Below are positions 16,401-27,400 of a stretch of 64,000 bases of DNA, one piece after another; position 1 is the stretch's first letter, and the number at the start of each line of letters is the position of its first letter. Source of the stretch: an uncultured virus (IMG/VR IMGVR_UViG_3300027278_000010) (Duplodnaviria; Heunggongvirae; Uroviricota; Caudoviricetes; Schitoviridae); IMG/VR virus record IMGVR_UViG_3300027278_000010. One strand, 5' to 3'. Under the pieces are notes generated by a model that had not been told where the DNA came from, did no database searches, and worked only from the letters and a program-made list of their open reading frames with translations. The translations under genes and the position numbers were made by a program.

Positions 16401-18547
16401 TCAATCTCGAAGGGGTTACCCATCACCCGGCAATTGAAGAAATTGTTGAGGTGCTCTGTAACAAGACCCAGAACACCGACCGTGGCTTCTTCCGTGTGGA
16501 GGTAGCCTACTTCTTGGCTAAGATGGCCAGCTCCATGCGCGCCATCATCGTCACCAAAGATCGAGGTGAAATTCCAGTCAACATCTATGCCCTGGCTCTG
16601 GCAACCTCTGGTTTCGGTAAAGGGCACTCGGTCAACATCGTTGAAACCGAGTTCATGAAAGGCTTCAAAAAGCGTTTCATGGAAGACACTTTCCCCGTTG
16701 TTGCTGAAAAGCACCTCTGGGAAATTGCCAATGATCGAGCTGCCCGTAACGGCACTGATCAGCAAGAAGAGTTTGAGAAAGTGAACTCTGAGTTCAAACG
16801 TGCTGGTGCCATACCATTCACCTTTGACTCAGGCACCCCGCCTGCGGTTAAACAGCTTCGCCATAAGCTGATGATGGGCAATTGTGGCTCCATCAACCTT
16901 CAGATTGACGAGATCGGTTCAAACCTGATTGGCTCAACTGACGTGTTGACCCTGTTCCTTGAGCTTTACGATCAGGGCATGGTCAAGCAGAAGCTGACCA
17001 AGAACACGGTTGAAAACACCCGTGGTGAAGAAATCGACGGCAAGACCCCAACCAACATGCTGCTGTTTGGTACTCCAAGCAAGCTGCTTGATGGTGGTCA
17101 AACCGAAGACCAGTTCTACTCCTTCTTGGACACTGGCTACGCCCGTCGTTGTCTGTTTGCAATTGGTCAGCATGATCGCAAAGCACACAACACCCAAAGT
17201 GCGGCTGAGATTTACGCAAAGCTGACCCAGCAAAGCAACACAGCATCTGTGGACAAGTGGGCAAGTCAATTTCACAAACTGGCTGATCCAGCGATGTTTG
17301 GTTGGAAGATGGTCGTTGAAGATGCTGTGGGTATTGAGCTTCTGACCTACAAAATCGAATGCGAAAAAGCAGCTGATCTGATGGCCGACCACGAAGAAAT
17401 TCGTAAGTCCGAAATCAGTCACCGCTACTTCCGAGCATTGAAACTGGCCGGTGCACTGGCATTTGTCGATGAAAGCCTTGAGATCGAAATGGGCCACTTG
17501 AAACAAGCAATCCTGCTTGTTGAAGAGTCTGGTGCTGCATTCCAGTCAATCTTGAACCGTGAAAAGTCCTACGTGAAACTGGCCAAGTACATCGCAGATG
17601 TTGGCACTGAGGTCACTCACGCTGACTTGCTGGAGGCACTGCCCTTCTACAAGTCAGGCAACGCTGCACGCAACGAGATGATGACCCTTGCAACGGCATG
17701 GGGCTACAAAAAGCACATCATCATCAAGAAAACTTTCACTGATGGTATCGAGTTCTTCAAGGGGGAAACCTTGCAAGAAACCGATTTGGCCGAAATGGTC
17801 ATCTCCTACAGTGACCACTGGGCATACAACTACAACAACGAAAAAGTGCCCTTCGACCAGCTGCACGTTTTGACACAGGCACCCGGTTACCACTGGGCCA
17901 ACCACCACTTCAAAGCCGGACACCGTGCCGAGGAGAACGTGTTAATCGGCTTCAACATGATCGTTATTGACGTGGATGGCGACATTCCGTTGACGACAGT
18001 TCACGAGATCATGGCAGATTACAAGTTCATGACTTACACCACCAAACGCCACACGGAAGAAGAGAACCGCTTCCGTCTGATCATCCCAATGAACTATCAC
18101 CTGGAGCTTGATACCCAGGAGTACAAAGAGTTCATGAACACCGTGATGATGTGGCTACCCTTCAAGACCGACGATTCAGCGAATCAGCGGGCTAAGAAGT
18201 GGGAATGCTTTGACGGTGGCAACTACCACTATAACTTGGAAGGCGAGTTGCTGGACGTGCTTGGGTTCATCCCAAAGACCAGCAAAAACGAGCAATTCAA
18301 GAGTGGTTTCCAGGCTGTTGAGTCACTGGATAATCTGGAGCGTTGGTTCGCTCAACGCATTGCTTCGGGCAACCGGAACAACCAGATGATCAAGTACGCA
18401 CTGGCTCTGGTAGACAACGGCATGAGCTTGTTCGATGTCAGCAAGCAGGTTCACGCTTTCAACCAGAAGCTGAACAACCCGATGGACGAAGAAGAGATCG
18501 ACAATACCATTTTGGTCACTGTCGCCAAACGCTTCCAACGCTCCTAA
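16397..18547 (+). CDS. DNA primase/ATPase (N4 gp43-like)
   Basis: SGFGKG P-loop, QIDEIG, DVD and YTTKRH prim-pol motifs, GNRNN C-terminal motif; ATG 16397 overlaps upstream stop. Confidence 0.88.
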   Translation: MINLEGVTHHPAIEEIVEVLCNKTQNTDRGFFRVEVAYFLAKMASSMRAIIVTKDRGEIPVNIYALALATSGFGKGHSVNIVETEFMKGFKKRFMEDTFPVVAEKHLWEIANDRAARNGTDQQEEFEKVNSEFKRAGAIPFTFDSGTPPAVKQLRHKLMMGNCGSINLQIDEIGSNLIGSTDVLTLFLELYDQGMVKQKLTKNTVENTRGEEIDGKTPTNMLLFGTPSKLLDGGQTEDQFYSFLDTGYARRCLFAIGQHDRKAHNTQSAAEIYAKLTQQSNTASVDKWASQFHKLADPAMFGWKMVVEDAVGIELLTYKIECEKAADLMADHEEIRKSEISHRYFRALKLAGALAFVDESLEIEMGHLKQAILLVEESGAAFQSILNREKSYVKLAKYIADVGTEVTHADLLEALPFYKSGNAARNEMMTLATAWGYKKHIIIKKTFTDGIEFFKGETLQETDLAEMVISYSDHWAYNYNNEKVPFDQLHVLTQAPGYHWANHHFKAGHRAEENVLIGFNMIVIDVDGDIPLTTVHEIMADYKFMTYTTKRHTEEENRFRLIIPMNYHLELDTQEYKEFMNTVMMWLPFKTDDSANQRAKKWECFDGGNYHYNLEGELLDVLGFIPKTSKNEQFKSGFQAVESLDNLERWFAQRIASGNRNNQMIKYALALVDNGMSLFDVSKQVHAFNQKLNNPMDEEEIDNTILVTVAKRFQRS

Positions 18548-18603
18548 ATCCCACCCCGAATGCTTTTCTTGGTTCGGGGTAATCCATAAACCTGGAGGAA
18601 CCA

Positions 18604-19347
18604 ATGAGTGAAGACTCAATCGTGTCCATTGACCAGCTGATCTTGGTAGTGGGTTATTCCACTACGGGTAAATCTGCAAGCTTGCGGAACATCCGTAACC
18701 AAGATCGCTGGGTTTACTTGGGCACCGAAGCTGGGAAACGCCTGCCGTTCAAGAACAAGTTCAACAGTGTGCGGATTACCGATCCATACGAGGTGATCTC
18801 TTACCTTGATGATTGCATCGAGCATTCCGACCAAGTTGATGGTGCTGTGATCGACTCCATGACTTTCCTCATGGATATGTTTGAGACCATGTACGTGGTC
18901 AACAGCGCAAACACCATGGCAGGCTGGGGCAACTATCAGCAGTTTTTCAAGACTGTGATGCAAGAGAAAGTTGCACGTTTCGGTAAACCTGTGATCATCA
19001 CCGCCCACGTCAAAGATGACCTGGACGAGAAAAACATGGAGATGAAAACTGCCGTCCCAATCAAGGGCGCTCTCCGCAATAACGGGGTAGAAGCTTACTT
19101 CTCCACCGTGGTAGCAGCAAAAAAAGTACCCATCAAAGAGCTGGAGGCGTATGGCAGCAACTTGCTGACCATCACCGATGAGGAACGTGAGTTGGGCTAC
19201 AAGCACGTTTTCCAGACACGCATCACCAAAGGAACGACTGGTGAACGGATTCGTTCCCCCATGGGGATGTTTGATAAGTCGCAGACCTACATGGACAACG
19301 ACTGTCAGCTTCTCCTTGATCACCTGCAAAAATTCTATAGCGAGTAA
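18604..19347 (+). CDS. Sak4-like AAA ATPase (N4 gp44-like)
   Basis: GYSTTGKS Walker A, VIDS Walker B, ITAH, RSPMGMF. Confidence 0.85.
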   Translation: MSEDSIVSIDQLILVVGYSTTGKSASLRNIRNQDRWVYLGTEAGKRLPFKNKFNSVRITDPYEVISYLDDCIEHSDQVDGAVIDSMTFLMDMFETMYVVNSANTMAGWGNYQQFFKTVMQEKVARFGKPVIITAHVKDDLDEKNMEMKTAVPIKGALRNNGVEAYFSTVVAAKKVPIKELEAYGSNLLTITDEERELGYKHVFQTRITKGTTGERIRSPMGMFDKSQTYMDNDCQLLLDHLQKFYSE

Positions 19348-19391
19348 TCGCTATAGCTTTTCCCCCTTCAATCAGCAAAGCGAGATATTTA

Positions 19392-20138
19392 ATGAGCCTG
19401 TTCGGTAACCTGAAAAATGACGGTCTGGAAGAAACTCAAGACCGTCTGGGCGGTGGTTTCGGCGTCAAAGAAACTGCCATTTACACTGGTGTGGTCAAAG
19501 CACTGTACGCCGGTGAATCCCAAGGCGGTGCTCAGTCCGTCACCCTGATCCTTGGCCTGAAGGACGGTAGCGAATACCGTGAAACCTTCTACGTCACCAA
19601 CAAGAAGAAGGAAAACTTCTTCCTGAACCGGGATGACAACAGCAAGAAAGTGCCACTTCCGGGCTTCACCATCGTGGACGATATCTGTCTGGTCACCTCC
19701 GGTGCACCACTGGCCGATCAGCAGACCGAAGATAAGGTCGTCAAAATCTGGGACACCGACGCCAAAAAGGAACTGCCAAAATCCGTTCCTATGCTGGTGG
19801 ATGTCCTGGGCAAAGAGCTGTCGCTGGGCGTTCTGAAGGTCTTGGAAGACAAGACCGTGAAGAACCAGACCACCGGTGAGTACGAGCCAAACGGCGAAAC
19901 TCGTGAAGTCAACGTAGTTGACAAGGTGTTCCACACCGAGACCCGCATGACCGTTGTTGAGGCCCGTGAAGGTGCTGATACTGCCAAGTTCTGGGACTCC
20001 TGGTCCGAGCGCAACAACGGCAAGGTCCGTGACAAGCGCAAGAACAAGGACGGCCAAGCCGGTAAGCCGGGTGCACCACGTCCGACGAGTGCTCCGGCAG
20101 CTGGTGCAGAAGCGAAGAAGTCCCTCTTCCAGAAGTAA
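19392..20138 (+). CDS. ssb: N4-type single-stranded DNA-binding protein / late activator
   Basis: DRLGGG, LPGF...DDICL, KVRDK, C-terminal KKSLF; N4 gp45 position. Confidence 0.88.
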   Translation: MSLFGNLKNDGLEETQDRLGGGFGVKETAIYTGVVKALYAGESQGGAQSVTLILGLKDGSEYRETFYVTNKKKENFFLNRDDNSKKVPLPGFTIVDDICLVTSGAPLADQQTEDKVVKIWDTDAKKELPKSVPMLVDVLGKELSLGVLKVLEDKTVKNQTTGEYEPNGETREVNVVDKVFHTETRMTVVEAREGADTAKFWDSWSERNNGKVRDKRKNKDGQAGKPGAPRPTSAPAAGAEAKKSLFQK

Positions 20139-20148
20139 GTAGCCAGCA

Positions 20149-20703
20149 ATGAAAATCCCCGTCGCAGGATTTGACCCCAGTTTCACTAACTGGGGTATTG
20201 CCTTCGGGCAATTAGACCTCTCGACGGGGTACTTGGACGATCTGAACCTGGAAACCATTGAAACGGCCAAAGGTAAAGCGAAGCAGGTCCGGGTTAATTC
20301 GGACGATCTGCAACGTGCAGAAGACCTAGCAAAGCGTGCAATCGAAGTTGCAAGGCAGAGCAAAGTCATTTTCGTTGAAGTACCTGTTGGGACTCAAAGT
20401 GCCAGTGGCATGAAAGCTTACGGGGTAGTCGTAGGCATTCTTGCTGCAATTCGTGCTTTAGGCATTCCGGTCATCGAGGTGACCCCCACTGAAGTGAAAA
20501 AGGTTTTCACCGGTGACAAGAACGCCAGCAAAAGGCAGATGATTGACCAAGCTGTCGCATTTTACCCTTTTGCAAATTTTCCCCGGCATCGTGGCAATGT
20601 TGCCGAGAAAGCTGAGCACGTAGCAGACGCCATTGCGGCCATACATGCTGGGGTAACTACCCCGGTATTCCAAAATTTAATGCGTCTTTACGCAGAGGTT
20701 TAA
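20149..20703 (+). CDS. RuvC-like Holliday junction resolvase
   Basis: GFDPS, FVEVP, TPTEVKK...GDKNASK, EHVADAIA. Confidence 0.88.
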   Translation: MKIPVAGFDPSFTNWGIAFGQLDLSTGYLDDLNLETIETAKGKAKQVRVNSDDLQRAEDLAKRAIEVARQSKVIFVEVPVGTQSASGMKAYGVVVGILAAIRALGIPVIEVTPTEVKKVFTGDKNASKRQMIDQAVAFYPFANFPRHRGNVAEKAEHVADAIAAIHAGVTTPVFQNLMRLYAEV

Positions 20704-20706
20704 CCA

Positions 20707-21249
20707 GTGCAAATCACGTTGAATCAATCCGAGATTGAACAAGCCCTCAAGAACTACATTCTTGAGCAAATCAACATCAACGAGGGCATGGAGATCAACA
20801 TTGATCTGAAAGCCACTCGTGGTGACCAAGGCACCACTGCCATCATCGACATCCTGCCTATCGGTACTGTGGCCGCCCCTGCACCTGTTGTGCAAGAGCA
20901 AGCTGCTGCTCCGGCCCCTGCTGGACGCCAACCCCGTCAGCCTCGTGCTGCAAAGCAGGAAACCCCTGTTGAGCAACCAGCTGCGGTCGAGACTGTAGCC
21001 AAAAACGAAGCAGAGCCTTTGCCTGCTGAAGTTGAAGAGCAGGAAGAAGAAGAGGAAGAGGGCGAAGTAGTTCTGCACTCTGACGAACCTTCGGCTGTTG
21101 AAGCTGCAATCGAGGCCAAAAACAACGGTCCTGCCGTTGATGCCGAGGCCACTGCAACCGCAGAAACTGAAGCCGTGGTACAGGCTGAGCCTGCCAAGCC
21201 TTCGTTGTTTGCCGGTCTGCGTCGTCCCGACAACAATATGCCGTCGTAA
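20707..21249 (+). CDS. Acidic low-complexity protein
   Basis: GAGG SD, GTG start; compact N-terminus, Ala/Glu/Pro-rich linker, KPSLF near C-terminus. Confidence 0.8.
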   Translation: MQITLNQSEIEQALKNYILEQININEGMEINIDLKATRGDQGTTAIIDILPIGTVAAPAPVVQEQAAAPAPAGRQPRQPRAAKQETPVEQPAAVETVAKNEAEPLPAEVEEQEEEEEEGEVVLHSDEPSAVEAAIEAKNNGPAVDAEATATAETEAVVQAEPAKPSLFAGLRRPDNNMPS

Positions 21250-21425
21250 TGACGTTGCAAGGAATCCTGCTTCGAGGGTTCCTTGTTGTCCTGATGGTTG
21301 GTGCGACAACAGCAGCCATCATTTCAGCAGCGCCTGCGATAGCAGTTGTAATTGTGGTGGGATTTCTAGCCTGGCTATACCGGGACGTTGATTTCCCATC
21401 AGACAATGACGATAAGCCCCCATGA
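21249..21425 (+). CDS. Small membrane protein (58 aa, not in ORF track)
   Basis: TAATG overlap; MTLQGILLRGFLVVLMVG...AVVIVVGFLAWLY, two hydrophobic segments. Confidence 0.7.
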   Translation: MTLQGILLRGFLVVLMVGATTAAIISAAPAIAVVIVVGFLAWLYRDVDFPSDNDDKPP

Positions 21426-21440
21426 CGGGGGCTTATTTTA
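21412..21440. terminator. Terminator between convergent modules
   Basis: ataagccccc-atgac-gggggcttat-tttt at strand switch. Confidence 0.75.
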
Positions 21441-24400
21441 TTGAACCAAATTCATCCATGGGTTCAATTCTGGAGCACTCAAGCCTTGGCCAGGACCAAT
21501 GGAGTAGTCCAGGGAGCCGTCAACCAGCTTGCTGAAGATGTTATCGGTAGTCGGTAGACCCACTGACCCAAACAAACTAGGAGCAGGTGCTGCGCCTGCA
21601 ATCAGAGCGTGTACGGGGTTGTTGCGGATCATTGACAACGCCACCTTCGTAGAACGGATTTTGAAGTTGTAGAACCAAAGGAGACCAAGGTTCTCCAGCG
21701 TTGCCCGGAAACGACCGGACAGACGATCATAGTTCACAAATTCCTCAGTAATTCGTCCCAGTGCATATTCCTTGGACTTACCCTGACGCTTGACCAGATC
21801 ATCGTACAGCAGAGCTTTACCTAGGAAGTCACCGTACTCCACCGCTTTCTGAAGACCCTGGAACAAGGCAGTGTCCTTGGTGATCAAGGCGTAACGACCA
21901 AGCGTACCCAGAGGCTGTGGCAACTTGTTTACCGCATTCTCAATGTAAGCGTGCAAGCGCCCTTCACTCAGCATGATCTCATCGCGGCTTACACCAGCAT
22001 CCGAAATGGAGCTGAACTCACCAGCCTGGATCAAAGGCCAAATGCTCATACGTTTGTGGCTGTCAGTGATCGAACGAATCTCTGCTTGCAGTCGGCGTTC
22101 GGCAATTGGTTTGCCTACAGCAGCACGCAATTCAGCTTCTGCCTCAATCATGCGCAGACGGCTCTTCACATAAGCGTCAATCTCAGCTGTTTTCTTGGGC
22201 ATACCACGGACGATATTCGCCAGTGGCACACCACGGCCAACCAACTGGAAGACGTTGGACATCAAGTTGGCAACAGGAACAACCACCGACTTAACAACAA
22301 TCAGCACCCGCATGTCGCTCACCAAGTTATTAGTGATTCGCTCAGCATTAGTGAGGTACTGATATGCCTTATTTCCAAAGGCACTGATTGCCAAATTTTG
22401 AACTGCCTTCTGAGTTTCAGGCGACCAACGAGTGTTGCCAGTCCAGGCATCACCGATGGAAGCAGAACGGTAACCCATTGCGTCTTCCAACATATCTTTG
22501 CGGACATAGTATTCGCTGCCAAATACGCTTTGGATGTGGGCACGAGTTTCCGGTGTCAGCAACGACACTGCATCAGCCACAACAGGATCAAGATTTGAGC
22601 CAAACAGATCAACGTACTGATCCTGCTTGCTTGCATCTTCGGCAATGTCCTTGCTGTACATTTCGTATTGAGCATCAACCAAAGCCTTGTTGTAGATACC
22701 AGCAATCGACTCCTCGTGCTGACGACCACGCCAGATGCCGATAGAGACAGCCAGGCTGGTTTCACCCTGCATGCGTTCCATCATCACTGGATCAAGAGCA
22801 CGCTCTACAGCGACAAGCTCACCGTTTTCACCAAAAACAGGCATCAGGCTTTCTGCTTCGGTGTTGTCCTTGAGCATGGCAGTAGCAAAGCGCTTCAGCA
22901 TCACTGGCGATGTGACACGGCCAGCAGTGGCCAAATTACTGTAGCCAGTCACTGCATCCACACCAGACACAGATGTACGGACGTTCTGCATGATGCCTTG
23001 CTCAAAGGTGGCACGGGCAGCTACAGGGGCAAAGTAGTAGCCCTTTTTGAATTTGCTCTTTTCAGCTTTAGAGCCAACGTAATCACCGACACGCACGTAG
23101 CTCTTGCCACGTAGCTTTGCAAAGTCTTTGTCGTCGGCAACAACCATCGACAGCGAGCTAGCAGGTTCACTTGGAATGTGACCTTTGAAAGCGTTCAGTC
23201 GAGCACGGGGAGTTGCCTTGCTCACTTCTTCTTTACGCTGGCCAACCAGATAATCCAATGCAAAATCCATACCCACGGTTTCGTCTTTAGCCAATTGAGC
23301 CAAGACAGCTTTGTCTTCAACTGCCAAGTCTTGCAGGCTGTACATAGTCACCAGCTGGTCAATCGAAGCAACAAAGGTTGCATCCTTCGGTTGGAAGGTG
23401 CCTTGAATCTCCTGCCCAATAAGCATGGAGATGGCTTCAGCATTTCGCAGCAGGTACTGGCCGGCCACACCAGTGTTCATGTACTTGGCCAGCTGCACCA
23501 TCTTGCGTTGGTAAGTGGCGTAGTTGGCTGGATCAATGCCCTGAATGTAGTTCTCCAAGGTAGTGATTTTTGCAGCCAAATCCTGTTCATCAGTCAGCAT
23601 TTTACGGATGGCGTTGTTATCGAAATACGCACGCAGAACGGCCAAGTCAGTTTTACCCATACCACGGAACAGGCTGGACCATTCTTTTTTGCTCAAAGAA
23701 CGGGTGAACTTGTCGGCAATCAGAGTCGGCAGGTCTTCCCGGAATTGCTGACGTGCCTGCTGAATCACAGAACGAACGCCTTTGATCATGTCGTAAATCT
23801 TGGCGTTTGAGTCGGTACGGCCTACCAGGTCATTCAGCAAAGAACGCACCGGTGCCCAGCCATTCACTTTGTTCATGGCCTCAGTCAAACCCTGTGCTGC
23901 AAGAGCACCACGCTCTTCAGAAAGGATCATGCCAATCGCCTGAGCACTTGCACCAACAGCACGAGTAATCGTGTTGTTCTCTGCTTTGTTGAGGTCAGCA
24001 CCTTTCTCATAAGCAGCATCTGCCAACTTGGTCATACCCTCTATGACGATTTCGTTTGCACGGTCAACACCACGTCCAGTGGTCTGAGCAAACTGGTCAA
24101 TGAAGGTTTCGTTGTTCTGTACCTGATCGGCAATGCGTTGGTTAAGGGCATCAATGGCAGCATCGACGGTGATGTCACCTTTCTTGATGCCAGCCAAACG
24201 GCTGGAGAGGCTATCCATTGCAGCGTTACCAGCATTGGTCAGCAGAGCATCAAGACCACCAGAAGTATCCTTTGCTGTTTTAGGCAGCTTCATACCGGAC
24301 AGCACAGAACGGAACTCAGCGTTCACAGTAGCCAATGCGAGGAAAGCAGGCAGCAGACTGGAGCGACCAGCCAAGTCATTCTCGACAAGGTTTTTACCCA

Positions 24401-27400
24401 TGATGCTGTTGAACTTTTCCTGAGCGTAATACCGGGTAGCCGGGTTCAGGCTGTCTGCGTCATCCATGAAATGCTCAACAGTCAGCTGCTTGGTTACCCA
24501 AGAATAAAGCTGCTGTGCAGTGGCCATTGCGTTTGGATCAATAGCTGCTTCTGTAGCCAGAGCAGTGATGATGTTCTCAAACACATGGGCTTCTTGCTGG
24601 GTCATGCTAAAGCCACGAGCCTGGAAAGACTTACCGATGTTCAGGCCAGCCATAATCCCTTTATCAACGGCATCCCGTGGAGCCACTTCACCAGCTCGGA
24701 TAGGTGCGTTCAGGTATCGACCAATCAGTGTCTGGTAAGCCACACCCACATCAGTCAAACGCTGATCTTGGCCGTACTGGCTGTTCTGATAAAGCACGCT
24801 GCTTGCCATACGCTGTGCAGTCGTTGGGTTGCCTCGCATAACAACGGCAGTGTTGAACAGCAAGTTGCTGAACAGGTCATTACCAACATAAGGGGCATTT
24901 TCTTTTTTGAAGAAGATGGCCTTAATGGCTTTCACAACCTCACGAGCAATGCGGGCCATTTTGTCCAGCATGGTCCGCTGACCCAAACGGATCAGACTTT
25001 CATTGGACAGAGACCAAGCCATGAACTCGTTCAGTGCACCGGCTTTGGCCACAGAACCAGGAAGCGAAGCATTGTTCAGGTAGCCCTTGATGGCAGAAAC
25101 GGTGTCGGTGTACGACTGGGCCAGCTGCTGATTAGGCTGATCCAAGTTGTCTTCCATGGCCAGGAACTGTTTCATCATCGACTCGATACGCTGTACCGAT
25201 TCTTTTTCTACAGTGCCCATAGGCTGCTTGTTGTAGTACGCCAACACCTTTTCAAAGGTAGAAGCGTGAATCAACTCATGGATCAAAGTCTCAGTTGATG
25301 GGTTGAACAGGTAGATTGTTTTCTCACCCACGTTGGTGAAGCCCTTGATCTCACCGGCTGGAATAGCACTACCTTGAGCACCAGCAGCACCTGTGGCTTT
25401 GATGTACTCGTTCACTTTCAGCGGGTTACCAAACACAATCTTGTAGCCGTCAGCAGCCAGAGATTTCGTAACCTCATCCAAGACTTTCTGCTGGTCAGCT
25501 GGGAATGTTGTTGCTTTGCTGAATTGCTTCAAGTCACTGCTGTGCATAACAAAAGCACCGCTCTCGTGCTTCTGAGCAACCTGCAAAATAGCAGCAGTGG
25601 AATCACCAGAAGGTGCTTTGTTTTTACGAAGCTCAGCCAACTCTTCTTGGTAAAGGGCATTCAACTCTGAGGTCACTTCCTCATTTGACATCCCGGTAAG
25701 GGCAATCTCACCTGCTTTGAAATAAGGAGAGGCACCAGCAGCCATCTGGTCAACAGAGGTTTCCACCTTGGCCATAACACGATGACGGGCTTCAATGCTT
25801 TCTGCCGCTGTTGTCAGCTTGCCTACCAGGTTCTGCATGCCAGCAACAATCTCAGCATCAGGAACCGGCTTCTTCCACATAGACGGTGGGAACAACGCAC
25901 GAACCAATGCACTACGAGTTGCATCGGTGTACCCGGTCAATGGTGCCTCTTTCATAAAGGCAACATAGCTGTCAGCCACTGCCTGCATTGGGTTGCCCAT
26001 CCAGGTTTCCCAAACAGCCTCGTTCATCTTGACGCTACCATCCTGAATCAGGTCCAGGGGCAAATGCACACCGTCAAAGATTTTGAGAGTGCGATCAGGT
26101 GCACCATTCATGGTGGATGCAATCTGCATCATGTTCGCATCACCTGCCCCGATGTTCAGGAAAGGAATGCCCGACACGCCAGCATTCTTAGGCCCATGAA
26201 TGAATGCGTCAGTACGGAAAGAGCCGTCCAATGCACGGGAAGACTGGGAGGCGTTCACATCCACAGAACTGGAACCAGCAACGTAAAAAGTCTGGTGTGG
26301 GGTTTTGATCAGAGGAGAGAAACGCTCCAATTTTTTGTAGATGCGCTTCAGCTCTTTATCACTGAGGAACTCTGTCTTAGTCCAATCACTGTCAGTCTTA
26401 GCTTTACGAGCCATCTCAGCAGCAACTTGATCTTTGAACAGTTGTTCCAGAATGATCGACTGAACCTGTGTGGCCTGACGAAGAAGCACAGCAGATTCCA
26501 TAGTTGCTGCACCGACAGTCTGCTCAATTGCATTACGCATTGGCTGAACAAACAGGTGCAGCATGCTCGACTGAATGTTGCTGAACTCAGCCGGTGTCAG
26601 TGTGTAAGTTTGAGGATCAACCCCGTCATTACGGGAAGTAGCTACTTTTTCAAGAACAAGCTTCTTCTTGTCCAACGAGACTTTGTAATTACCAATTCGA
26701 TACAGAGCCGAAGTGAATTTCTTGGCCTGCACTTCATCCCCGTTGAACACGGCATCAGCCAACGAGATGGATGGATTATCAATGCGAGCTTGAGCCAACA
26801 GAGACATCTTTTCGTACATCGAGTCAGCCAGTGCTTTGGTTAGCTTGGCAGCAATACCAGTAGCCCCAGAACCGTAAATCGTAATGGTCAGTGGGTTTTT
26901 GGTAATGCCACGATCAAGAACCAAGTTGGTTCCATCAAAGCTCAGAGTAGGCAGCAAAGAATCCATCAGCGACAGCAACTCATTGAGGTGCTTACTCATG
27001 ACAGGATCATTACCCAGAGATTCACGCAGGGTATTTACCTGCTCTTGGAGTACGTCAGTAGTGGCCTGGTACAAGTCTTTCTTGTCGTACTGGCTGTACT
27101 GTTCGTTCGCAGTCATTGGACCACGATTAACAAACAGACCACCTTTGGCCATGTTCTTCAGCCAGCTGGTTGTAAACATCCCAGAAGCAAACAGCATCAT
27201 GGCATTGATTGGCCCGTTGGTAATGCCGTCCGCTTCTAGATACAAGTTGGTAGTGAATGTTGCTTTCTGTGTTGGCGTCAGTTTTCCCAGCCAAGCAAGT
27301 TCAGTGATTACATGCAAAGCAGCTGGAGTCAGCGGAACACCAGCATCAGCAAATGCTTTTTTGATGGTGCCATTCAGCTCAGGGCTTGCTTCGATAACTG

